Shown piece after piece: positions 30,488-40,987 of a DNA stretch of 64,000 nucleotides (positions within the stretch are counted from its first letter, which is position 1; each line of letters opens with the position of its first letter). A program made the position numbers and the translations under genes. Origin of the DNA: Candidatus Poribacteria bacterium (GTDB taxonomy: Bacteria > Poribacteria > WGA-4E > WGA-3G); NCBI GenBank assembly GCA_963663765.2, contig CAXXUA010000002.1:192001-256000 (forward strand). The letters are read 5' to 3'. Below the pieces are notes generated by a model. It did not search any database. It worked only from the letters and a program-made list of their open reading frames with translations, and had not been told where the DNA came from.

Positions 30488-32701
30488 TTATTGTTGTTCA
30501 ATAGGAAAATTGAAAATACCTTTTTCATCTGTATTGATATAAAACTTATTTTGATGGATCAATAAATTATCAACACTATCTGGAATTACAGGTGTAATTG
30601 TCTTCCACTCATCTTGATGATCCAAAAGATAAACACTTTTCCTGCCAACCCCATATAGTTTATTTCCATCTACAAAAAACAGATCAATATCAATATTTCT
30701 ACGCGCGTTCTCTTTCATCAAATGCCATTCTTCACCTGTATCTGATGTTAATACCCCTCTGTAAGAAGCAACGTATATTTTTGATCCTACAATCTCTATG
30801 TCTTGGAATCCTATCAAGTTAATAGGTAAAACAGAAGTTAAATCCTTCCAATTCTTGCCGTCATCAACTGATTGTAATAGATGTCCATCTCCGCGTCCAA
30901 CAATAATGTTTTTATCCGATATTTCAATAGTTAATCTCCCGTGATCAGGAACTTTGCCAAAATCTAATTCTGTATCAGTCCACTCTGAGTCGCCGATTGC
31001 AGCTTTTAATAAATGTCGGTTTGATTCCAAATAGAAAGTATTTTTACTGATTGCCAATGTGCGAATCCTTGGATTACCTTCAAGTGTCATTAGATCTTCC
31101 ATTTGTTTTGCAGTTTTATCATTTATTCCTTCTTCTTTAATAGAATCAAAAAGAGCGTTTTTATCAATAGGTTCAATCCCTAACTTTTTTATAAATGAGT
31201 CTCCTCCGATTTCAGGTAAACCTTGAATTGGATTTAACTCAGTACCGTCAGAAGACAATTGACATATACATATTTTTTCAGACCTATCTCGAGCAAGCGC
31301 AAAGAATTTATCATCTACTATAGTGAGTTCAGATGGATAGTAGTCACTGCCTTTACCAGAATCAATCAGAACTGGAGCCCATGTATCTCCACCATCAGTG
31401 GAGTAGAGGATTTCATGTGGAGATTGCGCGTATAATCTGTTATTGTATGAGACCAAATCTCGGATTTCTGATCCTACTATTCCTCTCATAGATTTCAGCC
31501 ATGATTCACCCCCATCAATTGAACGGTTAATCTGATAATGTTCTTGCCTGTATATAGTATTATCGTTTAATGCAACTATAGAAAAATCAGGATCAGGAGG
31601 TAGATTTTCAGGGTGACCAAGATTAGTCCAAGATTTTCCACCGTCCCTTGAACGAAAGGTATTGATACCGAAAAGGATTACCGTTTTGCCTGAAACAACT
31701 AAACTGAATTCATCACTTACCGAATAGGTATCGGTTTGTTTCGGTGTAATTTCTATCCAGGAATTTCCTAAATTGTCTGAGCGAAATATTTTCCCTCCAA
31801 AATCTCTCCATCGATTCAATTCCTTATTTGATTGCAACATTTCTAACCGTTCTGATTTATCAACTGTAGTACTAATATAGAGCACCTTTTTAGAAACTTT
31901 CATAGCAACCACAGATTTAATATCTTCTTCATTCAACTTATGCCAAGCTCGTGATTTTAGACGATAGAGTCCATCCTCCGTACCAACAAACAAAGTCTTT
32001 CCAATTGTACTCATACAAGTAATATTTTGGTCTTCCAATCCATTATTTAAAGGTATCCATGGTTGTCCAAATCCGATTGAATGCACTACTCCCTCTTCGT
32101 GTGCGAGGAATAATCCTTCCTGATTTATTACCAAATCAACAACATACAGATCTAAGTCTGGATAATATGAAAAAGTATTCCATGTAACACCATCATCACT
32201 TGATGAATAAAGTTCTCGTCTATCAGCTAAATAGAGTAATCCCTTCCATTCAGTCATCGGTATTGTCTGATAGGATTCTAATGGAATGCTGTTGTTAATG
32301 AGTTCCCATCCACTTTTATCCTCTAAGATTCTGTAAACCCCTGTTGATGATACAGCAAATAGTATCCCTTTTGATGAAACAAATAATTCCTTTAGTTCAG
32401 TGTATTCAGGTCCCTGAACCTGAGTCCAGGTGTTTCCTGCAGTCTTGGGATTAGGTTGGTTTTTCTGTTTTTCAGCAGTTATGTTAAAATCGCTTTCCGA
32501 CGGTTTCGTGACAATGGTTTGGGGTTTGCTGCATGCGTTTAACAGACATAAAACCAGTATTGCACCTGAACAAACTGTTATCCAAGACATTGATGTTTTC
32601 TCTCTTGATGCAGTCAACGATGTGATAATTTCAATCTTTTCCAGAATTTTCTTAGCTAAACTTGAGGAATAATGGAAGCAGTTTAAATTCTTAATAAACA
32701 T
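30488..32701 (-). CDS. BNR/Asp-box repeat beta-propeller protein, probable lipoprotein; paralog of the C-terminal part of the upstream ECF fusion
   Basis: Multiple S-x-D-x-G-x-T/S-W Asp boxes; hydrophobic stretch ending LNAC; long colinear similarity with 32983..35775. Confidence 0.75.
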   Translation of the reverse strand: MFIKNLNCFHYSSSLAKKILEKIEIITSLTASREKTSMSWITVCSGAILVLCLLNACSKPQTIVTKPSESDFNITAEKQKNQPNPKTAGNTWTQVQGPEYTELKELFVSSKGILFAVSSTGVYRILEDKSGWELINNSIPLESYQTIPMTEWKGLLYLADRRELYSSSDDGVTWNTFSYYPDLDLYVVDLVINQEGLFLAHEEGVVHSIGFGQPWIPLNNGLEDQNITCMSTIGKTLFVGTEDGLYRLKSRAWHKLNEEDIKSVVAMKVSKKVLYISTTVDKSERLEMLQSNKELNRWRDFGGKIFRSDNLGNSWIEITPKQTDTYSVSDEFSLVVSGKTVILFGINTFRSRDGGKSWTNLGHPENLPPDPDFSIVALNDNTIYRQEHYQINRSIDGGESWLKSMRGIVGSEIRDLVSYNNRLYAQSPHEILYSTDGGDTWAPVLIDSGKGSDYYPSELTIVDDKFFALARDRSEKICICQLSSDGTELNPIQGLPEIGGDSFIKKLGIEPIDKNALFDSIKEEGINDKTAKQMEDLMTLEGNPRIRTLAISKNTFYLESNRHLLKAAIGDSEWTDTELDFGKVPDHGRLTIEISDKNIIVGRGDGHLLQSVDDGKNWKDLTSVLPINLIGFQDIEIVGSKIYVASYRGVLTSDTGEEWHLMKENARRNIDIDLFFVDGNKLYGVGRKSVYLLDHQDEWKTITPVIPDSVDNLLIHQNKFYINTDEKGIFNFPIEQQ

Positions 32702-32982
32702 AGAATTTTCCTCCTTCGTCTATTAGAAAGTCTTTTTAAGTCGGTTGGAATTAGAATTAGTTTGAGATCTGTATAAGAATAAAGTTATAATAAAAAGAGA
32801 GCATCTATGATAAAAGAATTTATAACTATCTGATATAATTGTGCTTTTCAATATGTATTATACAACAGTTTTGTTAAATTGACGACCTTTTAGACCTTTT
32901 AATTGAATATGACGCAAAAATGGAACACAAACCAAGTTTAAAATAAAAATCGTGTAATAATGTTTGAGTTTATTGAAGGTTA

Positions 32983-35775
32983 TCATTCTCCAATAGGAAT
33001 TTTGAGAATGCCTTTTTCTCTTGTTACAATGTAAAATTTATTGTCATGGTTAATAAACTGACGAATAAAATAATACATTGCATGAGGAAGTGCAGGAGTA
33101 ATAAGTTTCCATACTTCTTGTTTTTCTAATCTATACACCCCTTTATTAGCGACTCCGTAGATGTTTTTTCCTTCTACAAAAAACATATCTATTCCAACAT
33201 TTCTACCTTCACTATCCATAATCACATGCCATTCTTCACCAGAATCTGATGAGATTACCCCTTTTTCAGTTGCAACGTATACGTATGATTCTAATATCGT
33301 TATGTCTCTAAAAAAGTTGAATTGAATAGGTAGATCAGATGTGATATCCTTCCAGTTTTTACCACCATCAACTGATTGAATGAGATGCGTGTCTCTTCTA
33401 CCAACATAGATATTCTTATCAGATACAGCGATCCTAACACCATAATTGGTATTGCTCTTTTCAAAATCAAATTCTGTATCTGTCCATTCAGTTGCACCCA
33501 TAGTTGCTTTAAACAATCTACCGTTAGATACCAGATAGAATGTATTATTACTGTTTTCCAAAGCAATAATTCTTGGTGTATTTTGACGTTTCGATGCAAT
33601 AGTAGGTAATCCAGGAATAGGTTTTAGATCGGTTCCATCAGAAGACAAACTACAAATACGGACATTGCCTACACTATCACGAGCAAGTGCAAAAAAGGCA
33701 TCATCTACGACAGTGAATTCTGAAGGGTAATGGTCGCTGCCTTTACCAGAATCAATCTGAACGGGTATCCAGGTCTCACCACCATCAGTAGAATAGACGA
33801 TTGTATCGGGAGTTTTCGCATATAATTTATTATTGTATGAGGCTAAATCATGAATATCTGATCCTATTATACCTTTCATAAATTTATGCCATGATTCACC
33901 ACCATCAATTGAACGGTTAATCTTATACCTTCCTTGTTTATAGAAAGTATTGTCGTTTAGTGCAATCATAGGAGAATCACTATATCCATCTGCATCTTTG
34001 ACTCTACCAAGATTGGTCCAAGATTTTCCACCATCCCTTGAACGAAAGGTTTTCATGCCAATTACAAATACCGTTTCACCAGAAACAAGCATGTTTAAAT
34101 CAAATACCCTTTCAAGTGGATTGCTTGATTTGGGTGTAATATTCTCCCAAGAATCTCCCAAGTCATCTGAGCGGAAGATTTTCCAATTCATAGAAGTTCT
34201 TGTAAGCATCCCTTTGATTACACCTATTGTTATTAGATTGAATTTGTCGTTATCAACAGTTGCAACATAAAGTTTATTCTTAGAAACTTCTATTGTAGTA
34301 ACCTCTGATTTTATATTGTCTTCATTCAACCTATGCCAAGTTTGTGCCTTTAGACGATAGAGGCCATCTTCCGTACCAACAAACAAAGTGTTACCAATTG
34401 TACTCATTGAAGTTATTTTTTTGTTTTCTAATCCACTGTTTAATTGTTTCCATGGTTGTCCAGGTCCAACTGAATGGAAAACACCATTATCATTTGCTAA
34501 GAAAAATCCATCCTGATTTATTAATAATTCAACAGTAGCTCCTTTTGGAAGATTGGAAACAAAATTCCAATTAACACCATCATCATTTGATCCATATATT
34601 CCTCGATAGGTAGTAATATATAGATTTTCTTCCCATTCTGCTATTGGCATTTTGTAATAACCAATTAAAGACTTGCTGCTCTCCATGTGTTTCCAACCAC
34701 TATTATCGTCGGCAATTCTATAAACCCCAGTTGAGGAAACAGCAAAGAGTGTTCCTTTTGATGAAACAAATAAATCATTGATTTCTGCGCTTTCTGGTCC
34801 TTGAACCTGAATCCAGTTGTTTGCTTGGGTATTGTCTTCGGGTAAGATTTCTTGTGCTTCAGCAGCTAACATTAAGTCATTGTGTTCTTTTCCCAAAAGG
34901 TTATCAACACCAAACGCAATAGCATTTCCAATTTTACGCTTATTATCAGGTTTTGACTGATAATCAAATATAACAGATGCATCAACGAGTTCTATAGTTG
35001 CTTCGGATTCTGATTCCAAATCATAAGGTTTGTTGAATCGGGTTTGGTATCGTGTACTCGCACCTAACAAGCAAATGATCAATACCGCGGCTGAACATAC
35101 TGCTGCCCACGGCAACAAAGGCTTACTATTTGGTGATGGTGTCGGTTTGATGTTAGCAATTTTCTCCATTACCTTTTCAGTAAAGTTAGTTTGGAGTTGA
35201 ACGTTATTTAGTGTTTCACGAATCATGGGTTCTTCCTCCTTAAGACGTTTACGTGCCCTTCTTAATCTGCTTTTGATCGTATTTATGGATACTCCTAATA
35301 ATCTACTGATCGCATCGGATGTCATTTCTCCGATATAATGTAGAGTAACAACAGTACGTTCACTTTCGGGTAATTTACCCAAAAGTCTTTTAACGAGTTC
35401 TTGTCGTTGTTCTGCAGCAGCTACTTCACGTTGTTTCGCTAAATATTCTTCATAAGCGTTTTTGTCTAAGACTTTCTTGTTTGTGTCTTCTATAGATTGC
35501 ATAATAGGTTTCTTCCTTCTGTGCCAATCTGCACAAAGTCGACTAGTAATGACATATAACCAACCCGCAAATTGATCCGGTTTCTTTAATGTTGCGAGTT
35601 TTTTGTAAGCTTGGAGGAAAGCATCTTGTGCAATTTCTTCTGCAATCTGAAAATCTCCAATTTTCCGCCATGCAAGGGCATGTATACCTTTTTGGTATTT
35701 TTCAACCAAGATACCAAAAGCTTTATCGTCACCAGATAGTATGTTGTGAATCAATGCAACATCGTCATTTTTCAT
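32983..35775 (-). CDS. ECF sigma-70 factor fused via a TM helix to a BNR/Asp-box beta-propeller domain
   Basis: Region 2 AEEIAQDAFLQAY...FAGWLY, region 4 LPESERTVVTLHY...SINTIKSRLRRAR, TM PWAAVCSAAVLIICLLG, Asp boxes. Confidence 0.88.
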   Translation of the reverse strand: MKNDDVALIHNILSGDDKAFGILVEKYQKGIHALAWRKIGDFQIAEEIAQDAFLQAYKKLATLKKPDQFAGWLYVITSRLCADWHRRKKPIMQSIEDTNKKVLDKNAYEEYLAKQREVAAAEQRQELVKRLLGKLPESERTVVTLHYIGEMTSDAISRLLGVSINTIKSRLRRARKRLKEEEPMIRETLNNVQLQTNFTEKVMEKIANIKPTPSPNSKPLLPWAAVCSAAVLIICLLGASTRYQTRFNKPYDLESESEATIELVDASVIFDYQSKPDNKRKIGNAIAFGVDNLLGKEHNDLMLAAEAQEILPEDNTQANNWIQVQGPESAEINDLFVSSKGTLFAVSSTGVYRIADDNSGWKHMESSKSLIGYYKMPIAEWEENLYITTYRGIYGSNDDGVNWNFVSNLPKGATVELLINQDGFFLANDNGVFHSVGPGQPWKQLNSGLENKKITSMSTIGNTLFVGTEDGLYRLKAQTWHRLNEDNIKSEVTTIEVSKNKLYVATVDNDKFNLITIGVIKGMLTRTSMNWKIFRSDDLGDSWENITPKSSNPLERVFDLNMLVSGETVFVIGMKTFRSRDGGKSWTNLGRVKDADGYSDSPMIALNDNTFYKQGRYKINRSIDGGESWHKFMKGIIGSDIHDLASYNNKLYAKTPDTIVYSTDGGETWIPVQIDSGKGSDHYPSEFTVVDDAFFALARDSVGNVRICSLSSDGTDLKPIPGLPTIASKRQNTPRIIALENSNNTFYLVSNGRLFKATMGATEWTDTEFDFEKSNTNYGVRIAVSDKNIYVGRRDTHLIQSVDGGKNWKDITSDLPIQFNFFRDITILESYVYVATEKGVISSDSGEEWHVIMDSEGRNVGIDMFFVEGKNIYGVANKGVYRLEKQEVWKLITPALPHAMYYFIRQFINHDNKFYIVTREKGILKIPIGE

Positions 35776-36034
35776 CGAACTCCTCCAACATTTTTTGTTT
35801 ACGATATATAGTGACGTAAATTAGAAGTGAAAAAGGTGCAAAATCTAAAGAAAATACGTAAAATGATCCATACAATTATTCTGTAAATGCTAATTTAACG
35901 AATTGTGTTAGTTAACTTACGGTATGAATCATGCCATACGCGCATGCTTCTTTAGACATTCCCCACCTACTGTTTTTGCGTAAGTCCTGTTCAATATTCT
36001 ACTATAGTTTAATTCATTTGAAAGCATTTCAACA

Positions 36035-36994
36035 TCAGAGGTTATATCTCTGAACTGCGTGCAATGATACTCGTCGTATTTCATCTAACTCCTGCGGACT
36101 AAAGACACCAGCACGATAAAGATTTCTATACTCCTCAGAAACACTTTGACCAAAAATCATCAGATCGTCAGTATTAATTGTAACAGGGACACCATTGTCA
36201 TACAGAATTCGTATTGGATGACAAGCCAAGTTCTCCACACTTCCCAACATAACGTTACTGGTTGGACAAACATTTAATTGTACACTGTTATTAGATAGCC
36301 ATCGCATGACTTCCGATGATTCTGCTGCTGCAATACCATGTTGCACCTCATCTAACTCAAGAACTTCGATAGTACGACGAATTTCTTCAGCACCATTGAA
36401 TTCACCAACATGGGCTTTCAACTTCATATTTGCTACACGTGCTTTTGCATAAAGTGATTTTACATCTTCTGGACGACACGCTTCTTGATGGCTATATAAA
36501 TCTATTGACTTAAACACGTCAGTTTCAATTGCATTTTCTGCTAAGTTCGTCAACCTTAAATCACCAGCACATCCTCGAGCAAAACCAAGTTCTGGGCGCA
36601 AATCAATTCTTGAACTATACCTTACAACTAAGTCAGTCACAAAATTGCAAAATTCAGATAACCCATTAGCATAAAAATCTGATATACGGATGTCAAAACT
36701 CATTTCAAGCATTACGACACCATCCAGTATTGCATCATCTAAAGCAGATTTTACTATGAACTCAAAACCTTGTTGGTGTCTTATATGGGGCATAAGAACA
36801 CTTCCCGCGTATTCAAGCATTCTCTCAAGTCCGTCCATTGCAATAGGAGGTCTTGTTAGTTCTTTTCCTAACCAGCGCTGAACATTATCTAAACGCGTAC
36901 TGAACATTGCGTGGTTATGTACATCTGTTTTTGGAACAGCCTTAATAGCTTCGAGATCATCTGAAATCAGTGCTTCAATGAAATTATCGCTCAT
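36035..36994 (-). CDS. Adenosine deaminase family amidohydrolase
   Basis: PKTDVHNH, KAHVGE, HGI, CPTSN, INTDD; start MSDNF at 36994 overlaps the upstream stop. Confidence 0.85.
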   Translation of the reverse strand: MSDNFIEALISDDLEAIKAVPKTDVHNHAMFSTRLDNVQRWLGKELTRPPIAMDGLERMLEYAGSVLMPHIRHQQGFEFIVKSALDDAILDGVVMLEMSFDIRISDFYANGLSEFCNFVTDLVVRYSSRIDLRPELGFARGCAGDLRLTNLAENAIETDVFKSIDLYSHQEACRPEDVKSLYAKARVANMKLKAHVGEFNGAEEIRRTIEVLELDEVQHGIAAAESSEVMRWLSNNSVQLNVCPTSNVMLGSVENLACHPIRILYDNGVPVTINTDDLMIFGQSVSEEYRNLYRAGVFSPQELDEIRRVSLHAVQRYNL

Positions 36995-39257
36995 AGTTTT
37001 TGTAGTTATTGAAATTAACATAATACTCACGCGGTTCAGAGAAATCAGCAAGCACCTTTGATCCAACTCTTAGATATCTTGCATTGAGCAATATGAAATC
37101 ATTTCCCCGTAATAACAGGTATTCTCCCTCAAATTCTATTTCTCTATTTAAATCATTAACAGACATTTTTGCATACCCATCATCAGAAATCAAAATAGTA
37201 TCTGTAATTCCATTTGACTGAACTTGAAAGCCGGTAGCTAAAACATCCACATCAGAACAGACAGGAATTGGACAGATAGTAGGTTTATGGTCATCATTAT
37301 GTTTCATAGGATACATGAATGTATTCATAACAACAGGAAACTCACATCTGACATGATAAGTAAGTTTATTCCCATCTAAACTCACATCAAGATTGTCTGA
37401 GATTGCTGGTGCCATGAAAAGATTACTACAGTCTTTTTCTTGCGTCCAGAACTGTCCGTTTTTTTGTAGAACATAAGGTGTTGTTTGCTTTTCCTGTGAT
37501 GTTTCAATATGGAAAACCTGTTCCAGTGAATGTTCCCCGTCCCCAAGTATCAAATCATGTAATATGTAGTATTCACCTTTAATGTAAAAAATGGAACGTC
37601 TATGATGAAAATCTTCTGATTTTTTTTCGCCTGCTACAAAGTCAAATGAAGTGTTAGTAATCCAGCGCGTATCTGGATCAGGGATGTTTCTGGATTCTTT
37701 GTTTTCCCTTTGAGTCTGGCTTAATCCATCAATTAAAACAGTGTTAATGAATGCATCATCAGCATTTCCAATATCTTTTTGAATGTTCTCAGTTATCACC
37801 TGTCTACCATGTGCAAATAGTGTAAAACTCAGCCTATTATCATATCTCTGTTTACCTATTGGACCGCTGTGAAAACAGAGGTATTGTGCATTAGGATTCC
37901 AACTATCTCTCATGACAAAAATACCCGAAAAGAGAAAGGCATAAGATTTTTCAGACGGTTCAATTCCATGTTTTCTTAAAGAATGAATGTATTGGAATTC
38001 GCTGAGATTAGATAATTTGCTGTTACCTAATACAACAGCATCTAAATTGTCACAAACAGGGGTAGTAACCCATTTTGGAAAAGACAGATTGGGTAGAGAT
38101 ATGTAAATGCTTGCTTGTAACTGCTTTTCCAAGCAAGTCTTCATTTCTGAAACACATTCAGTTTTGTTAGGATGCTTTACTTGATCATAAATATACAAGA
38201 ACCTTGAGAAACTGTTAATTGAATCTATTTGAGTATTAAGGAGTTTGTCTTTATGAAATCCGTCAGGATAGAAGAACGACTCTACTATCCACTTGAAACG
38301 TCGTAATGCAAATGTTAGTAACTGTTCACTAACGCGAAATTCGGGGAATAGCAAGGCAGCAATGCCTATTTCTGTCGTAGAATATAAAGCTGGTGACGGG
38401 TAGATTGATGTTTTCAGCAAGCATTCAAGATATGTTTTGGCTGCACTATATGATAATGTATTATTAACATAAGATATATCTACAAGCACATTTTTATGTT
38501 CATTTCTGTAGTTCGTATATGCAAATTTTGCTTCAGTATACTTCCCTTTTGATATTGCTGATTTGACATCTTCTAATCCATCATAATCCAAATTGAGATA
38601 ACGAAAAAAGTCAGTATCTTCTAAAGGAAAGGTGCGTATATTTTTGTGTCTAAATTTTCGTTCCAATACTTTGTTATAGTTTTCAATTGCAGATTCAAGA
38701 ATTTGCAGGTTCAAACTACTACCAAGTGAAAACGCTACATCAATTGGTATCGTTATGTGAGTATCTGATGATGTTGGATGTACTTCAGAAAGATTAGCAG
38801 CAATACGTCCAAAACCAGCAAGTCTCCATAGTACTGCTTGTGGCAACACTGAGCAGACACAACCTGCTAAAGCCAAACTGCTACCTGCTACCAATTTTTC
38901 ACGAGGTGTTGATGCTATCGGATATGTCCATAAGTATTCTATGTGTTCAAAGAGGATTCGGCTAAGTTGTACCAAATCAGTTTCATCCAAAGTCTCATGA
39001 GCAGCAATTGCAAGTGCTTCAATTATGCGTGCTGAAACAGATTCTATTTGCCATGCTGAATATTGTTTAGAAAAAACAACAGGAGTATGATGTTCCTCTG
39101 AAAAGGTCAAGAGTTCTTCGAAGTCTGCAATCGGCTGAAACTGATCAATTATAGGTATCTCTCTTTTAGCAAGTATTGATGCTAAAAGTGAAATATCTTC
39201 TGTTTCAAACGTCGTAAATTTTCCTGACAACATAATTGTACACGCTCTTGACTTCAT
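36984..39257 (-). CDS. Heparinase II/III-like protein (possibly degenerate)
   Basis: FYPDGFH, SGIFVMRDSWNPNAQYLCFHSGP, LSFTLFAHGR, NTVLIDG, HRRSIFYIKGEYYILHD. Confidence 0.7.
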   Translation of the reverse strand: MKSRACTIMLSGKFTTFETEDISLLASILAKREIPIIDQFQPIADFEELLTFSEEHHTPVVFSKQYSAWQIESVSARIIEALAIAAHETLDETDLVQLSRILFEHIEYLWTYPIASTPREKLVAGSSLALAGCVCSVLPQAVLWRLAGFGRIAANLSEVHPTSSDTHITIPIDVAFSLGSSLNLQILESAIENYNKVLERKFRHKNIRTFPLEDTDFFRYLNLDYDGLEDVKSAISKGKYTEAKFAYTNYRNEHKNVLVDISYVNNTLSYSAAKTYLECLLKTSIYPSPALYSTTEIGIAALLFPEFRVSEQLLTFALRRFKWIVESFFYPDGFHKDKLLNTQIDSINSFSRFLYIYDQVKHPNKTECVSEMKTCLEKQLQASIYISLPNLSFPKWVTTPVCDNLDAVVLGNSKLSNLSEFQYIHSLRKHGIEPSEKSYAFLFSGIFVMRDSWNPNAQYLCFHSGPIGKQRYDNRLSFTLFAHGRQVITENIQKDIGNADDAFINTVLIDGLSQTQRENKESRNIPDPDTRWITNTSFDFVAGEKKSEDFHHRRSIFYIKGEYYILHDLILGDGEHSLEQVFHIETSQEKQTTPYVLQKNGQFWTQEKDCSNLFMAPAISDNLDVSLDGNKLTYHVRCEFPVVMNTFMYPMKHNDDHKPTICPIPVCSDVDVLATGFQVQSNGITDTILISDDGYAKMSVNDLNREIEFEGEYLLLRGNDFILLNARYLRVGSKVLADFSEPREYYVNFNNYKNYER

Positions 39258-39386
39258 TTATCCTGTGTGGTATAATAGCAATATTCAGAAGATTTGTCAA
39301 AGTACGCTTGGATTCTGATTGATTTGATGATCTTACATTTTTTTCAATGAACTTACTAACTTTGGCATACATATTAGGAGTTTTAC

Positions 39387-39758
39387 ATGGCATATACATT
39401 TCATCATATACATCTCAGATGTGAAGACCTTGACGGTGCTATAGACTACTATCAAAAAATGTTTGATGGCGAAATAATTGATACTGTTGAAGTTCGCGGT
39501 TTAAAAATAGTTAAAATGGAAGTAGGGGGACAAAACATTTTCCTTTCACCAAAATTTGGAGAAATGGACGTAGAAGCCACAAGCGGCAAGCCCCGTTGGG
39601 GAGTCTATCAACTTGCATTTACAGTAGAAGACCTTGATGCTGCGGTTGCTGAACTACAGAAAAAAGGGGCAGAACTTGAAGACCTGAAACCAGAAGGACT
39701 CATGATGGCGTTTTTCAAAGGACCAGACAACGTTCAAATTGAACTCATTGAAGTATAA
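39387..39758 (+). CDS. VOC/glyoxalase family protein
   Basis: FHHIHLRCEDL, LAFTVEDLD, FFKGPDNVQIELIE. Confidence 0.88.
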   Translation: MAYTFHHIHLRCEDLDGAIDYYQKMFDGEIIDTVEVRGLKIVKMEVGGQNIFLSPKFGEMDVEATSGKPRWGVYQLAFTVEDLDAAVAELQKKGAELEDLKPEGLMMAFFKGPDNVQIELIEV

Positions 39759-39813
39759 AGAAAGTGATTGATTCCAGTTGTGATCTTACAACCGATTTTC
39801 GTTGAGTATCCCG

Positions 39814-40494
39814 ATGAAATACAGCGAAATATTCCATACAATTCAAGGGGAAGGTATACTAATAGGAGTTCCGTCTGTTTTCTTTCGGACAAGTTACTGC
39901 AATTTAAGATGTTCGTGGTGCGATACGCCTTACACTTCGTGGACGCCAGAAAATAGGGATATTTCTATTGCAGAAAGCGTACAATCAATAGCAGAATTCA
40001 ATTGCAAGCATGTCGTTATTACAGGTGGAGAACCGTTCATCCAAACTAAGGAACTAACAGACTTATGTCGTGAATTATATAAATTAGAACACCACATAAC
40101 AATTGAAACGAATGCGACCGTCTTTGCTGATGTTGATGCACACCTAATTTCAATGAGTCCCAAGTTGCGAAACTCAAATCCTCCTATTGACAATCGGTTT
40201 TACAAAATGCACGAACGCGAACGTATCTGTCCTGATGTTATCCGTATGTTCTTAGATTCTTATCCTTGCCAGGTGAAGTTTGTCGTTGATTCACCAGACG
40301 ATCTCGCGGAAATACGTTTACTGCAGAAGAATATCCAAATTCCGACTGAAACAATTCTGCTAATGCCGCAAGGAAAATCAACCAAAGTCTTGAATCAAAA
40401 ACAGGAGTGGTTAGTTGATATCTGTAAAGAAAACGGTTATCGTTATTCTCCACGTGTGCATGTTGACATCTGGGGTGAAAAGCGCGGTGTATAA
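39814..40494 (+). CDS. queE: 7-carboxy-7-deazaguanine synthase (radical SAM)
   Basis: EIFHTIQGEG, CNLRCSWCDT, ITGGEP, IETN, SPRVHVDIWGEKRGV. Confidence 0.92.
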   Translation: MKYSEIFHTIQGEGILIGVPSVFFRTSYCNLRCSWCDTPYTSWTPENRDISIAESVQSIAEFNCKHVVITGGEPFIQTKELTDLCRELYKLEHHITIETNATVFADVDAHLISMSPKLRNSNPPIDNRFYKMHERERICPDVIRMFLDSYPCQVKFVVDSPDDLAEIRLLQKNIQIPTETILLMPQGKSTKVLNQKQEWLVDICKENGYRYSPRVHVDIWGEKRGV

Positions 40495-40542
40495 AATCAT
40501 TTACAATATAAACTTGAACTGAAGTGAAGGAAAAGACTATAT

Positions 40543-40950
40543 ATGTCTCTCATAGCACAAAAAATAAGTGGTTGTTACAGGCGAGTTCTTGTTTTTCTTG
40601 TCCTGATTCTCTTTGTCGGTGTAGGTCTCGGTTTCATCGTTTACAATCGCGTTGGTGGTCCTGTAGGATTCAGATATTGGACTGCAATACGTGCGTTAAA
40701 TGGCACTGAAAAACTGCTAATTAAAAACAGACCTGACGGTGTCTCGCAAGAGGAAGTAGAAGAACAATTTGAGACAGTGAGAGAAGCAATTCATAGCAGA
40801 GAGATTGACTTAATTTTGTTGTATGAGACACTCAATACATTTGCTATTAAATTTCGCACGCCAGGATTAGCCTCTGACACTAAACCATCTACACCGGAAG
40901 TAGAAGCATTTCTTACAGAACTTGAAAATACTGTAATCCCAGAAGAATGA
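40543..40950 (+). CDS. Hypothetical membrane-anchored protein
   Basis: 135-aa ORF with RBS, one N-terminal TM segment, fills the gap between genes. Confidence 0.65.
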   Translation: MSLIAQKISGCYRRVLVFLVLILFVGVGLGFIVYNRVGGPVGFRYWTAIRALNGTEKLLIKNRPDGVSQEEVEEQFETVREAIHSREIDLILLYETLNTFAIKFRTPGLASDTKPSTPEVEAFLTELENTVIPEE

Positions 40951-40987
40951 TTACTTGGTGAACAATCCAATTGTAATGAGAATAGAT

